Below are positions 24,400 through 36,692 of a stretch of DNA of 64,000 nucleotides, one piece after another. A program made the translations under genes and the position numbers. The DNA comes from Octopus sinensis (taxonomy: Eukaryota): NCBI RefSeq assembly GCF_006345805.1, contig NC_042997.1:84568001-84632000 (forward strand). The letters are read 5' to 3'. Position 1 is the first letter of the stretch, and each line of letters starts with the position of its first letter. A model generated the notes under the pieces. It searched no databases and was not told where the DNA came from. It saw only the letters and a list, made by a program, of their open reading frames with translations.

Positions 24400-26860
24400 T
24401 TTCAAAGTGTTGTATCCTTGATGTCGGATTGCTATAACGTCCACTTCGGTATAGCAGTATAGTTGTCAGACCAGTAAAGACACGACTATCTAAGAACGTC
24501 TACTTCGTACTCTCTTTCCTACACTGACTGAAGTCACCTATTTATAGTGGCTAGCACAAGTCACTCGTCACGTGGGAAGAGTGTACCATTATTAATATTA
24601 TCCCCGCGATATCTCCCCTTTTACTTAGGAAGTGTCATTTTAGCAATACTTTTTATATCACCCCACCTCCCGTTTTTGAGTTTTTTTTCTTAGTTACCCA
24701 TTTAATATTTTTCCGTTTGGCACCCACTTCTAGGAACTCCATACACTTTTTATTTCTGATGCTTGTGCGCCTGAGTTCAATCACCTGTAGTGGCGTTGGT
24801 ACTTGAAAAGTATCATATAACCGTCCCATTTATTCTTCGATTCTCTTGGGTTAGCTCTCAACAAATCTATTCAGTTGCTTCATGTGTCTTTTGTATACAC
24901 TTTCTCTACTTTTTACTAAGTATAGTATTTTTCCTATGCGTTTGGTACTTACGTCATCTTCCCAACTCTGTTTTCCATTCTCACAAATACCTTTTCACCA
25001 ATTTTGAAAAATCTTCCTGTATTTTTCCTTGCAACTTTTCTTTTCTTGCCAAGAAGCAATTTTCGAAGACTTATTTTACTTTCTTCGCAAACATCAGCTC
25101 CGCTGGCGACATACCTACTGGTGTATTTGGATGTGGTATCACAGAGTATACTCTAAAGTATTGTTGTTGAACTACCTCATCCGTGACTTCCTTATTTGAC
25201 TTTCCAGGGGCTCTCTTGAACGTATCGACAAAGTGTTTTGCTTGTCCGTTAGATCTGGGATGGTATGGCGCCGTAGTTACATGTTCTATAGCGAACGTTT
25301 TACAGAACTTTTTAAATTCAAAAGACACAAATTGCGTTCCATTGTCTGATACTACCGTGTCTGGGATGCCAAATCTCGCAAACAGCTCATTTAAAAAATT
25401 TGTCACCAATATATCCGACATGAAATTTGTCACCAATATATCCGACATGAAATTCTCTTAACATTTTCTTTTGTAGTGTTTCAGGTTTCACTACTCTGTA
25501 CATACATCAGTACGCCAACACAAATTGAATTTCGTTTCGCACCAATCCTGTTCCTATTTTCTTTACCTGACCATTTCGCTTTATGTTTTCTAGGGTTACC
25601 GGTAATTCGCGTTCTACATGCCGCGTTATATTTTTTTTATTTCTCCTCCTGCTCTTAAAGTTGGAATTACCGTATCTTCGACTGGCTCGCAGTGTTTCGG
25701 TATCAGTCTAGACAAACAATCCGCATTTCTTTTTACTGTAAATATTCCATTTTGTAGTCATAATTCAATAATGTAATGCCCCATCGCTGTTGAATATTTA
25801 CCGTGTGTTGGTATTCATTTTTAGAACCGTATATAAACAGTAGTAGGCGATGATCCGTTTGTAGACAGAAACTTCTTCCATGAATAAATCTATGGAATTT
25901 GTTCACACCTAATATGATTGCTAGCTCTTCTTTTTCTATCTGACTATAATTCCTTTCAGCTGGTAATAACGATCGTGATGCATGGGTTATAGCCTTTTTA
26001 CGGCCATCGTCATATTTGTGCTGAAGCACAACTCCTACATCGTAATCAAAGGCATCTGTAACCAATATAATATCCAGCTTTGGATCAAAATCCGTTGACG
26101 ATAAGTCCGATGTTAAAATACTTTTTAACTCGTCAAATGCCTTCTGGCACTTAGTCCAACACCAATTTGTATTTCTCTTTAACAGATCCTTGAGCGGGGC
26201 CCTTACATTATGTATATTGGGAATGTAAATTTGATAATTTACCAAATCCAAGAATGCTTGTAGCATAGTCATATTATTCGTTGTGGGCATATTTTTTTAT
26301 GGATCCGATTTTCGTCCGTTTTTATCTATTATCTGGCTCATAATTTTGTTGTGGGTTTCGTAATTCCTTGTGAGTTTATTAATTCCTCGTCGCCACTGCG
26401 AATCTTCCGGGTATCATGTCTTTGTCTAATTTCCCGTCCGTTAAGTTTTCGTCTACTTTCCCGTTTGCTCTGCTTCCGCCTAACTTCTTGTATTTTTTCT
26501 GTTCAACTCTTGATACATACATATAGTGCAACGCACACCTTGTTTATGTACTTGATTGTAAAAAAATATTCCTTGACTATTCTTGCGCCACTCTTAACTG
26601 TATCTCTTCTCTTACTCTATCTCCTTCCAGCTCTACTCTCACTCTATCTCTTTCTCCTCTCTCACTCTCTCTCTTCCCGCCATCGCTTGCTTCTCTTCCA
26701 CCTTTGTTTTGTCTCTCTGTCTCTCGCTCTTTCCCTTTTACTCTATCTTTTTTGCACCACTACTCTTACTCTCTCTCTTTTTCCGCACTCGATTGCCTTC
26801 CTTGGCTACCACTTAACCAATATCCGGCGAAGGTGGTGTTATTCTTCTTCGCCCAACCTT
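24400..26860 (-). mobile_element. Ty3/Gypsy LTR retrotransposon, internally deleted and decayed
   Basis: RNase H (VTDAFDYDVGVVL...RNYSQIEKEELAII...TDHRLL, 25733-26290); integrase core (RFGIPDTVVSDNGTQF...PYHPRSNGQA, 25071-25448); PBS TGGCGACGAGG at 26385-26395; PPT AAAAGGGGAGA at 24612-24622; outer boundaries approximate. Confidence 0.9.
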
Positions 26861-26871
26861 TGACCTGAATT

Positions 26872-26916
26872 AAAAGAAGCCCGTCGTATATATATATATA
26901 TGTATATATATACATA

Positions 26917-26956
<40 letters not shown>

Positions 26957-27135
26957 GTATGTGTGTGTGTGTATATGTTTGTGTCAGTGTTTGTGCCCCC
27001 AACATGCTGGTCTGTTTACGTCCCCGTAACTTAGCGGTTCGGCAAAATAATAAGTCCGGGGTCAATTTGCTCGACCAAAGGCAGTGCTCCAACATGGCCA
27101 CAGTCAAATGACTGAAACAAGTAAAAGAAAAAGAA
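26872..27135 (+). mobile_element. Family A SINE, 3' part
   Basis: AAAGAAGCCCGTCG...GTAACTTAGCGGTTCGGCAAAA...AAATGACTGAAACAAGTAAAAG. Confidence 0.85.
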
Positions 27136-27178
27136 AGAGAAAAAAGAAAGAATATATATATATATATATAATATATAT

Positions 27179-27210
<32 letters not shown>

Positions 27211-27718
27211 TAGAAACAACTTTGGCGAGAGACATACAGTAATTGTACTGGATAGTAATTTTTATATGCCAACAGAATGTGACAGTCCGATAAAGGACGA
27301 TGTTACTGTTGTTTTAAACACAGCAAAACATATTTTCCAGTTGGCTCCCGACACACAGTTTGTGTCCGTATAACATTTGCAAGGGAGGTCATCGCTCCCA
27401 TCTCTAGCTTTATGTGATACCCACATACCTAGGTTTATGGATGCTATCCGTCCTCAGCGTGAGACAACCACAAGCTAGTGTCGAAAGCTTTCTTCACTTG
27501 CAAATGCTATATGTTTTTTAAGCGACACACAGTCGCTGATCTCGTATAGAGAAAAACAACTTGTTTTAAATCTCTGAGCAAAATATCAACAGTAACAGTA
27601 CCGGATAGTAATGTTTATATGCAACAGAATATGGCAGTCCTATCAAGAACGATGTAACTGTTGTTTCAACCCCAGGAAAACACACACACACACATATATG
27701 CATGTATGTATGTTTGTA

Positions 27719-27750
<32 letters not shown>

Positions 27751-27974
27751 TATATATATATATATACATATGCGGACCAGAGTCATCATAAAAGAAAATT
27801 GAGTATAATCTGGAGACATAATGTGCTTGTGTATTCGTGAGCATAGACAACGCACACACACATGCGCGCGTGCGCATATGTATGTATGTATGTAGTCGCC
27901 AAAAATCCATAAGCAAGAAAAAACACACACTCATACATTGATTAACAGAACGGGTATGTTATTATTCATAATTT

Positions 27975-28185
27975 TTTCTACGATAGGAACAAGGTTAGAA
28001 ATTTGGGGGAGGAGGATATTCGATTACATCGACCCCAGTACTCAGCTGGTACTTATTTTATCGACCATGAAAGGATGAAACGCAAAGTCTAGCTCGGCGA
28101 AATTTGAACTTAGAAAGTAAGGATGGACGAAAAGCCGCTGAGCATTTTGCTCCGGCGTGCTAACGATTCTGCCAGCTTGCCGCCT
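27975..28185 (-). mobile_element. tRNA-derived SINE, family B, full length
   Basis: Reverse complement GGCGGCAAGCTGGCAGAATCGTTAGCACGCCGG...TTTCATCCTTTCATGGTCGATAAAATAAGTACCAG. Confidence 0.9.
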
Positions 28186-28619
28186 TATGTCACTATTCAT
28201 AATAACATACAATGCTATATTCTCTTATCAGCCACAGAAATCTGAAAGGAATTGCATGGTGTAGGTTCTTTGCTACCAAGTTTGCTTCAATTTTTTTTAT
28301 ATGGTGTAAGTCGAGACTAACTCGATTAATTTGGAACGTATGGCGAGTTCATTCAATGGAAATTAAGACAACAATTAAGACAACATCTGACCACCAAGGG
28401 ATGGAGTATTTTTAACTATAGAATGGCGTTGGGACTGGAGTGGGGCTGGTTGTGATAGCGATGCTGGTAGAACGAGAGGTGGTGGAGGATAACTAATTTT
28501 AGTACCATATATGGTCGTAAATACATACGTATATGTGTTTGTGTGCGCGCGACTAAATATATGTACATATGCATATTTATATATAATTATAAATGCAAAA
28601 CATAACACACATTAATAGG

Positions 28620-29200
28620 AGTAGACATTGTTTTTGTAATACCAGAATTGATTAAAAAGGAAACAAATAACAATATAAAGCAAGTAAATAGATTCTAGCT
28701 TAATGAAACCGATGTATCCTCAGGAAGATTCTTCACTAAAATTATTGGCAAAAGATTAATTTTATGAAATTCATAAAATAAGATGTTATTCAACGAGAAG
28801 TGAATTCTAAATTGGGCAGGACATTCATTGTAAGGTTGGCTGACATAGACCACCATTAAGTTTCTTGAAGTCCCATTCTTGAGTCTCATGCAATTTATGA
28901 TTGACATAACTATCATTATATTTATTCTTATTTTCTCATGTTTTGTTCAATTTTGTATTGGTGTCAGTTATTCGAGGTGTTGAGAAGGGTATAGTTTTCA
29001 AAGTTAGTGCTTTGGCAGCGGATCTTCTCGTTAATACAGTGTTAGACCTTATTTGGTTTCATACTAATTAAGAATGGGTTAAGAGGTAACTCTTTGAAAG
29101 GTGTCCAAACTCAAAGAAGCAAGCATCTAGTCTGTTATATATACTCAACAATTCCAGTAACTACAGGGAACTGGGACTGCTAGTTTACATACTGTAAATT
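28620..29200. mobile_element. Possible decayed PLE fragments in opposite orientations
   Basis: Plus-strand SGRFFTKIIGK resembles the PLE linker; minus-strand CINEK...TLLN resembles the PLE C-terminus; very degraded. Confidence 0.3.
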
Positions 29201-29805
29201 TTAACACTTTATTTAATAATAGAGCCTGTCAACAGAGACCTCAGTCGACACACTGTATATGTACCTCATGTAGTAGATTCTATAAACAGGGTAAATTTGA
29301 CTAATTTCTTCATAGACTGATGTGCACATACATACGTGAATGCGTGTGCGTGTGTGTGTGTTGTGTGTATGAAGATGACAGTAGTTGTGAGTATGTATAC
29401 GTGTGAGTATGTGTGTATATGTATTTGTATTAAATACATCGTTCATAATTCACATAAACATAAAACCACGAAACATACGCATAAATATACACGTATGCAC
29501 TCACCATGTACTCAATTTCTCATAAGTTTCGCTTCGAAAGTTCTATTCGAAACTCTCTCCGAACAAATGTATATTATAAAGAAAAAGCTATTCCTAATAT
29601 GAATTGTAGAAGTAATATGATATATTAAATTCGGAATTGATCCAAGCATATAACAATGCCAGTAGAGATGTACACGAAGAAGCATCACATGGATAGGTTT
29701 TCACTTCTCTTGTTCACGTGTATCCATTCGTATCAAATGACAAAGCACGGAATGACAGCGAAATATTTATTCAAAGTCTAATGTGGTTAGCAAAATTTTG
29801 AAATA

Positions 29806-30120
29806 AAGTAGTTTGCTTACCAACCACATGGTTCTGGATTCAGATCCCACTGCGTGGCATCTTGGGCAATTGCTTTCTAATATAGCCTCGGGCCGACTAA
29901 AGCCTTGTGAGTGGATTTGGTAGACGGAAACTTAAAGAAGCCCGTCATATATGTGTGTGCGTGTATGTTTGTTTGTTTGTGTTTGTCCCCCATCCCATCA
30001 CCGCTTGACAACCGATTTTGATGTGTTTACGTCCTCATAATTAGCGGTTCGGCAAAAGAGCCCGATAAAATAAGTACTAGGATTACAAAGAATAAGTCCT
30101 GGGGTCGATTTGTTCGACTA
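29806..30120 (+). mobile_element. Family A SINE
   Basis: Matches the family from the head through GGGGTCGATTTGTTCGACTA. Confidence 0.9.
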
Positions 30121-30629
30121 AATAAAATATAGCTATGTGTGTGTGTAGGTATATCTATATGCATACATAATATATGCATATATATCTATACGTACATACA
30201 CACATACAGATTCACACATACACTCTCTCTCTCACACACCCACACACAGACACTCATACACACAAAAACATATCACTCCACCACACTAATATTTAAAGAA
30301 GTTGCATCACCGTTCAAAATCACACCCCACCCCTATTATCGCTTTCCACTCTGTCGCCATTGATTGATCGATGAGCGGAAGACTAAGTACATTGATTTAA
30401 TGAGAAGTGTAGTTATATTTACATATATACCTCTTTAGTCTCCATAACGTGCTCCATCACTGTTCTAACTTCAGTTTTTTAATCTTCATTATATATTTCT
30501 TTCTCGGGTGTATATTTAAAGAAAACTGATAGATGTATTATGTAGGGTGCTACAAGCATATATATACATATATATTCAGATATGAAATAGAAGCAACGCT
30601 AGCGTAATAAACATTGTTTATATATCTTT

Positions 30630-30790
30630 TATTTTATATCTTTGTTTCACTTATTTGACTGCTGCCATGCTGGGACAGCGCCTTAAATGTTTTAAACGAA
30701 CAAATCGACCCAAGTACATATTTTCGAACCCTGGTACTTATTTTATGGGTCATATTTGCTGAAGTGCTGAGTACCAGCGGACGCGCGCAC
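30630..30790 (-). mobile_element. Family A SINE 3' fragment
   Basis: TTTGACTGCTGCCATGCTGGGACAGCGCC matches the reverse complement of the family 3' domain. Confidence 0.7.
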
Positions 30791-31292
30791 ATACACACAC
30801 GCACACACACAGACATATAGATAAATAGACAGATAGGTAGATAAAACATTAGAATAAAGGACAAAGCTACAAATCTATTGCTAAACATACACAATGACAA
30901 TAGGTTTAAATCGACTCATCTATTATTCTATTCCTATCATCCACTCTGAAGTTAAGAAAGGAGCCGCTGCATGGTTATTCTAACTGCTAGTAATTGCTGT
31001 TAGATCTCCTCAAATCACAGCTAAAATTCTTCACGAAAGTATATTTAGAATAATATCTTCCCGGATCCCCTGCTTAGAAGCAAATGACATGTTGGTCACG
31101 GATGAAATGCTTCTGATAAAAGACTTGCTAGATGAGATATGACTTAGGACAAGACAATAATAACAATACGCCTCTCTCGTTCATAAAAAATATATACATA
31201 TCGTATGTGGGTGTGTGGAGGTGTGTGTTTATACATATACATATGTTCACATATATATGTACACACATACATATATATGTATAGGTGTATTG

Positions 31293-31361
31293 TACTATAG
31301 CCTCGGGCTGACCAAAGCTCTGTGAGTGGATTTGGTAGACAGAAGCTGAAAGAAGCCCGTC
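31293..31361 (+). mobile_element. Family A SINE internal fragment
   Basis: TACTATAGCCTCGGGCTGACCAAAGC...GAAAGAAGCCCGTC. Confidence 0.8.
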
Positions 31362-31439
31362 ATATATATATATATATAATAATATATTAGGGAATAAATC
31401 CAAACTTACAGGGAAAAATTATATATATAAGGATAAGAT

Positions 31440-31800
31440 CGTTAATTTAAAAATAAAACAACGATTTTATCAAGTGGTCAGCATGGAAAAATAACCTTCA
31501 AAGGTAATAATTATCAAAATTATAAATAAGGGTATCTACGAGATACCACCATGCTGAAAATAGCAGCCATGATCTGCCATGTTGGTTCTCCTCTGTGTGT
31601 ATTCTACTGACGAGGCAAAGCATTTCTAAATCCAAAGACAGAAATCCGGGATCTAGAATTATCCAGTAATTTTTTACTAGTTTCATCTCGTCTCATTGTT
31701 TTCTCTTCGTGTTGATATATGGACAATTATGGTGGTTTTAGAGTCAGATCATGGCTGCTATTTTCAGTATGGTTGTATCTCGTAGATACCCTAATTTATA
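31440..31800 (+). mobile_element. Non-coding PLE-derived element with inverted 5' segment and hammerhead
   Basis: 56-bp inverted repeat 31521-31576 / 31745-31800 (3 mismatches); 31654-31800 is homologous to the direct repeats at 48014-48153 and 48489-48628. Confidence 0.75.
31601..31659 (+). ncRNA. Type I hammerhead ribozyme, core boxes intact
   Basis: ATTCTA-CTGACGA-GGC AAA GCATTT CT AAATCC AAA GAC A-GAAA-TCC G GG-ATC-TAGAAT: 6-bp helix I, AUC cleavage triplet, quasi-palindromic helix III with a 1-nt loop. Confidence 0.75.
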
Positions 31801-31814
31801 TATATATATATATA

Positions 31815-32000
31815 TATAGTTAATCCAAACATGAAAGCACAAAAAAAACACAACACCGCGAGGACGTGGAACAAATATAGTATTATTGGACGCTCAGGAA
31901 AGAAGGAGGGTTTAACGTTTCGAGCGGAGCTCTTCGTCGGAAACATAGGAGAAGGAAAGATCCAGACAAGGGAAGACAGAGGAAAAAAATCGCCAACGGT
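31815..32000 (-). mobile_element. PLE pLTR-like non-coding repeat carrying a hammerhead
   Basis: Contains the motif at 31910-31944, which is related to 7111-7141 at the end of a GIY-YIG PLE. Confidence 0.6.
31910..31944 (-). ncRNA. Minimal type I hammerhead ribozyme (U4C variant)
   Basis: GTTT-CCGACGA-A-GAGC-TCC-GCTC-GAAAC-GTT-AAAC: 4-bp helix I, 4-bp helix II, loopless palindromic helix III, GUU triplet. Confidence 0.7.
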
Positions 32001-32039
32001 ACACATGCTGTCACATACACACACACACATACAAATGTA

Positions 32040-32235
32040 TTTGTTTGTGCGTCTGTGTTTGTCCCCTCAGCATCGCTTGACAAGCGATGCTGGTGTATTT
32101 ACGTCCCTGTAACTAGTGGTTCGGCAAAAGAGATCGATAGAATAAGTACTAGGCTTACAAAGAATAAGTCCTGGAGCCGATTTGCTCGACTAAAGCCGGT
32201 GCTCCTGCATGGCCACAGTTAAATGACAAATAAAA
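32040..32235 (+). mobile_element. Family A SINE, 3' half
   Basis: CATCGCTTGACAAGCGATGCTGGTG...GAATAAGTACTAGGCTTACAAAGAATAAGTCC. Confidence 0.88.
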
Positions 32236-32750
32236 CCATAAAACAAGGTTTTTATAGCAAGGTACACACACACACATACATACATACATACATACATACA
32301 TACATACATACATACATACATACATACAAACGTACATACATACATACACACATACATACATATATCTCTGTTCGGTATCGTAACTCCCGCTCAAGCCACC
32401 AATTGATATGTAAATATATATATTGGATAGGTTAGAAGGCTAGAGAAAAGAGCAGATGACGAATGCATAAACAAGAAAAAATGAAAAATACAAGCAAATG
32501 GTGTATGTTAAAACTAAGAATATATAAACAAAGAAAGAGAACAGGGACAAATATTCCCACCATATCGTATGTTAATATACGTTCATACAGCGACAAGAAA
32601 TGATTTATAATAACAAATATTTACTCAGCATGAAGTCTAGTTACGGATGTGATATACATACATATATATAGATATGTATGTTTATGTATATGCAATTCAC
32701 AGACACAGACAAACTCACACATAAACACACACACACATAATATACATATA

Positions 32751-32798
<48 letters not shown>

Positions 32799-32864
32799 TA
32801 TATATATATATATATATATATATATGCAGGTGTGTATATGTATATATGTATGTATGCATATATG

Positions 32865-32897
<33 letters not shown>

Positions 32898-32951
32898 ATG
32901 CATATTTACAAAGAGAAAGAGAAAGGGAGAGATGTATACATATACACACCA

Positions 32952-32985
<34 letters not shown>

Positions 32986-33099
32986 ACTATCTATATATAT
33001 ATATATATATATATGTAAATATATATATATATATTTACATATATACATACATATACTTATAATTTTATACATATACTTTCATATACTTATAATTTTAAA

Positions 33100-33165
<66 letters not shown>

Positions 33166-33167
33166 AA

Positions 33168-33199
<32 letters not shown>

Positions 33200-33686
33200 T
33201 ATATATTATATATACACATACATATAAATAGACACATATATATGAAGAGGGAAAGAAAGAGAGACATATGCATATACATATGTACATACATATATATAAG
33301 TATATTTCTATATCTCTATCTACCTAGTTATCTCTATGGCTGAGTGCATGTGTGCGCGTGCTTGTGGATGTATTTGTGCATACGTGTGTTTGCGTGCATG
33401 CATGTACGTGCAGGCTTCTGTGTGTGTATGTTTGTGTGTGCGTGCGTGCGTGTGTGTGTGTGTGTGTGGTGTCTGTGTGTGTGTGTGTGATTGTATCGCT
33501 GTCTTGATATTTTGCTGTGATGGATGTCAATACACGCAAACTCATTGTAACTGACATGGGATCATTGTTCATGTTCCGCGAACCATTTTAAATTATGCTG
33601 TAGTGTGAGTCTGTATGAGTGTGCGTACGTATTCATGCATACTTATATGTGTATATATAACTACATACACATACATACACCCGGAA

Positions 33687-33724
<38 letters not shown>

Positions 33725-34084
33725 CTACTTGTATGTAGAAACGTGTATGACATATGACGCATGATCTTATAAGTGTTCATGCTTGTGTGAACGTATACAT
33801 ATATAGTCACACACATATACGCACACAAACTATACACTATATACGTATGTATATATATACATGTGTGACATTGTTTGTGTTATATATATACATATGAGAG
33901 AGAGAAATACTTATGTATATATAAATATCTAAGTACATGATCTAAGTACATGTACAAAGTTATACATACATACATACACAAATACAAACATACATGCATG
34001 TATGAATGTAGATATGCATGTATGTATGTATGTATGTATGTATGTATGTATGTATGTATGTATGTATCTATCTATCTATCTATC

Positions 34085-34130
<46 letters not shown>

Positions 34131-34132
34131 CG

Positions 34133-34188
<56 letters not shown>

Positions 34189-35459
34189 CACTTGCGAACA
34201 CCATACAAATTATTTTTATCTTTTACACCTTAATCAGAATTTATTTCTCTTTTGAATAATGCAGACAATAATTATTTTTATATAACTTGAAGAATTCTAA
34301 TGCTAAATTAAAATAAACGTTTCAAATTTGCCGGTAAAATTAGTTTAAGACCATGTAATATGTATACAATTTTTTTTCCCAAATTGGGTGGTTACACAAC
34401 TAGCCTAACTGCACTATATAGTGTTATAACTTAACGAACGAGAATGGTGTTATTTTTGCACCACAAACCGTCCGCAACCGTTTGAGAGAATTTGGACTAC
34501 ATGGACGAATCACTAGGAAAAAGCCAGTAATATCCGAAAGAAATTGACTCAAGCGCCTTAATTTCGCAAAAAGCCATGCTCAATGGACTGCCGAAGATTG
34601 GTGCAGGGCCCTTTGAATTGACGAGTCACACTTCTGTATATTTGGATCAGATGGCAAAACATACGCCAGACGTCGCCCAAGCGAGGAATTCCATTCGAAA
34701 TGCGTGAAAAAGACGGCGTAAGCGGGGGGTGGGGCTGTGATGGTGTTGGTGGTACTTAGTAGGTTTGGTGTTGGACCTCTAGTTAAAGTTGATGGAAAAC
34801 TAAATAGTGCAGGTTATATGAATCTACTAAAGGGTAATGTTGTGTCATATTTGACTCACCAAATGCCTCCAGGGACTATTTATCAGCTGAACAATAGTCC
34901 TGTGCACAAAGCCAAAAAGGTTATGGAATTTTTTCATCACCATGATATTGACGTAATCGAATGGCCTCCCTAGAGCCCGGACCTGAATCCCATCGAGAAC
35001 TTGTGGAATTGTTTCCAAAAATGTCCATGCTAAAAAAACATCTAATCTAAAACAATTATTCGATTATATCAATGAAACATTCCCATAGAATTTTGTAATC
35101 ACTTAGCGAGTTCAATACTGAGGCGTTGTTCAGCCGTTATTAAAAGTAAAGGCTACGGCACAAAGTACTAATATGGATTTCGTTCTTGTTGCTCATGTTT
35201 GCAAGAATCTTAAACTTTAAATAAAATTATAATTATTCGGCCTTAAACTAATTTTGACGATAAATTTGAAACGTTTATATCAATTTGGCATTAGAATTCT
35301 TCAAGTTGAATAAAAATAGTTATTGTCTGCATCATTCGAAAGAGTAATAAATTCTGCATAAGGTGTAAAAGATAAAAATAATTTGTATGAGGTTAGTAAC
35401 TAAATATTTTGTAAGAAATAGAACTTTTATCATCGGTCTTAAATCTATTTTCGCCAGTG
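34189..35459 (+). mobile_element. Tc1-like transposon with long IR/DR-type termini, internally deleted
   Basis: TA-flanked ~220-bp TIRs (left one partly deleted) with an inner and outer AAAAT(T)AG(A)TTTAAG(A/G)CC repeat; DD34E remnants IDESH, QLNNSPVH, WPP*SPDLNPIENLW; N-terminal HTH missing. Confidence 0.88.
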
Positions 35460-35524
35460 TATATACATAAATAGATAGTTATACATAGTGACTCAGAGAC
35501 AAGTTAAAGAATAAACGAGAAAGA

Positions 35525-35604
35525 ATAGATAGATAGATAAATATTTAGATACATAGATACATAGACAAGCAGACAGACAGACAGACAGATAGACAGACAG
35601 ATAA

Positions 35605-35637
<33 letters not shown>

Positions 35638-35650
35638 CAGATAGATAGAC

Positions 35651-35716
<66 letters not shown>

Positions 35717-35792
35717 ACAGATAGATAGATAGATAGATAGATATATATATATATAGATAGATAGATATATAGATAGATAAATAGATAGATAA

Positions 35793-35860
<68 letters not shown>
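35525..35860. repeat. (GATA)n microsatellite
   Basis: Directly visible; similar tracts at 34065-34188 and 63785-63880. Confidence 0.95.
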
Positions 35861-35861
<1 letters not shown>

Positions 35862-35889
35862 AAGAAGACTGGCTTCCACACAGTTTCGT

Positions 35890-36350
35890 CTATCAAATTC
35901 ATACACAAGTAGGTCTTCTTTTCAGTAGTGTTATTACGTAGCGTTGCTGTAAATTCTGCCTCATATATGATGGATTTAATCACACTTTCCTGATCAACTG
36001 GACAGTCATAACGTGGAGTAGGTTATATCGGGCTACGTGAAGGCAACTTCAGAAATCGCTATGCTAACCTCATATCATTTTTCCAACATAAGAAGAAAAG
36101 TAACGTCACTAAGTTAGTTAGCTACTTATGGGGTTTGAAGCCTAACGCCACACCACATACAATAAAGCGGAAAATAGCTGAAAAATCAGCACCATATGTC
36201 AAACGTATCAAAAAATGTAAGTCATGAGTAGCTGAAAAAAAAATCGAGCCTTCTCATATTTAAGAAGTCTACCACACTACTGAATTCCAAATTTGAATTT
36301 TTCAGGGATTGTAAACATATGGATAAGTTCCTGTTGTCGAATTGGAAAGT
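35890..36350 (+). mobile_element. Penelope-like GIY-YIG fragment with an inverted 5' part
   Basis: Minus 35890-36010 gives CPVDQESVIKSIIYEAEF...KKTYL; plus 36015-36350 gives YIGLREGNFRNRYAN...KLASYLWGLK...APYVK...CKHMDKFLLSNWK across frameshifts. Confidence 0.75.
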
Positions 36351-36655
36351 ACCAGCCTCTCCTCTACCGCAGACTCTTGGTCGCTATCCCTTACGCTTTC
36401 AGAATTTACGGTTAAAGGAGATATAACTCTAATTCTCACCCCACCACCTTTGCTTCGATTTCTTGTTTTTCAACTTTCAGTCATTTACATTTACTACTTT
36501 CTCGCCTTTATTTGTTTCTTCTCTTGTCCTATTGTCCTGTTTTTAGGTTGTTATACCATGTGAGCACAGCCGCGGATTGCGCTAAGGCACCAGACATGTT
36601 AAAAAATGGTGTCTGAGCAGCTCGTATCGTATGAAAAGTAGCTCATGTATATATA

Positions 36656-36692
<37 letters not shown>

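Noticed and set aside
28315-28345. TTTGGAACG resembles part of U6 snRNA
   Set aside because: No ACAGAGA box and no U6 5' stem or ISL
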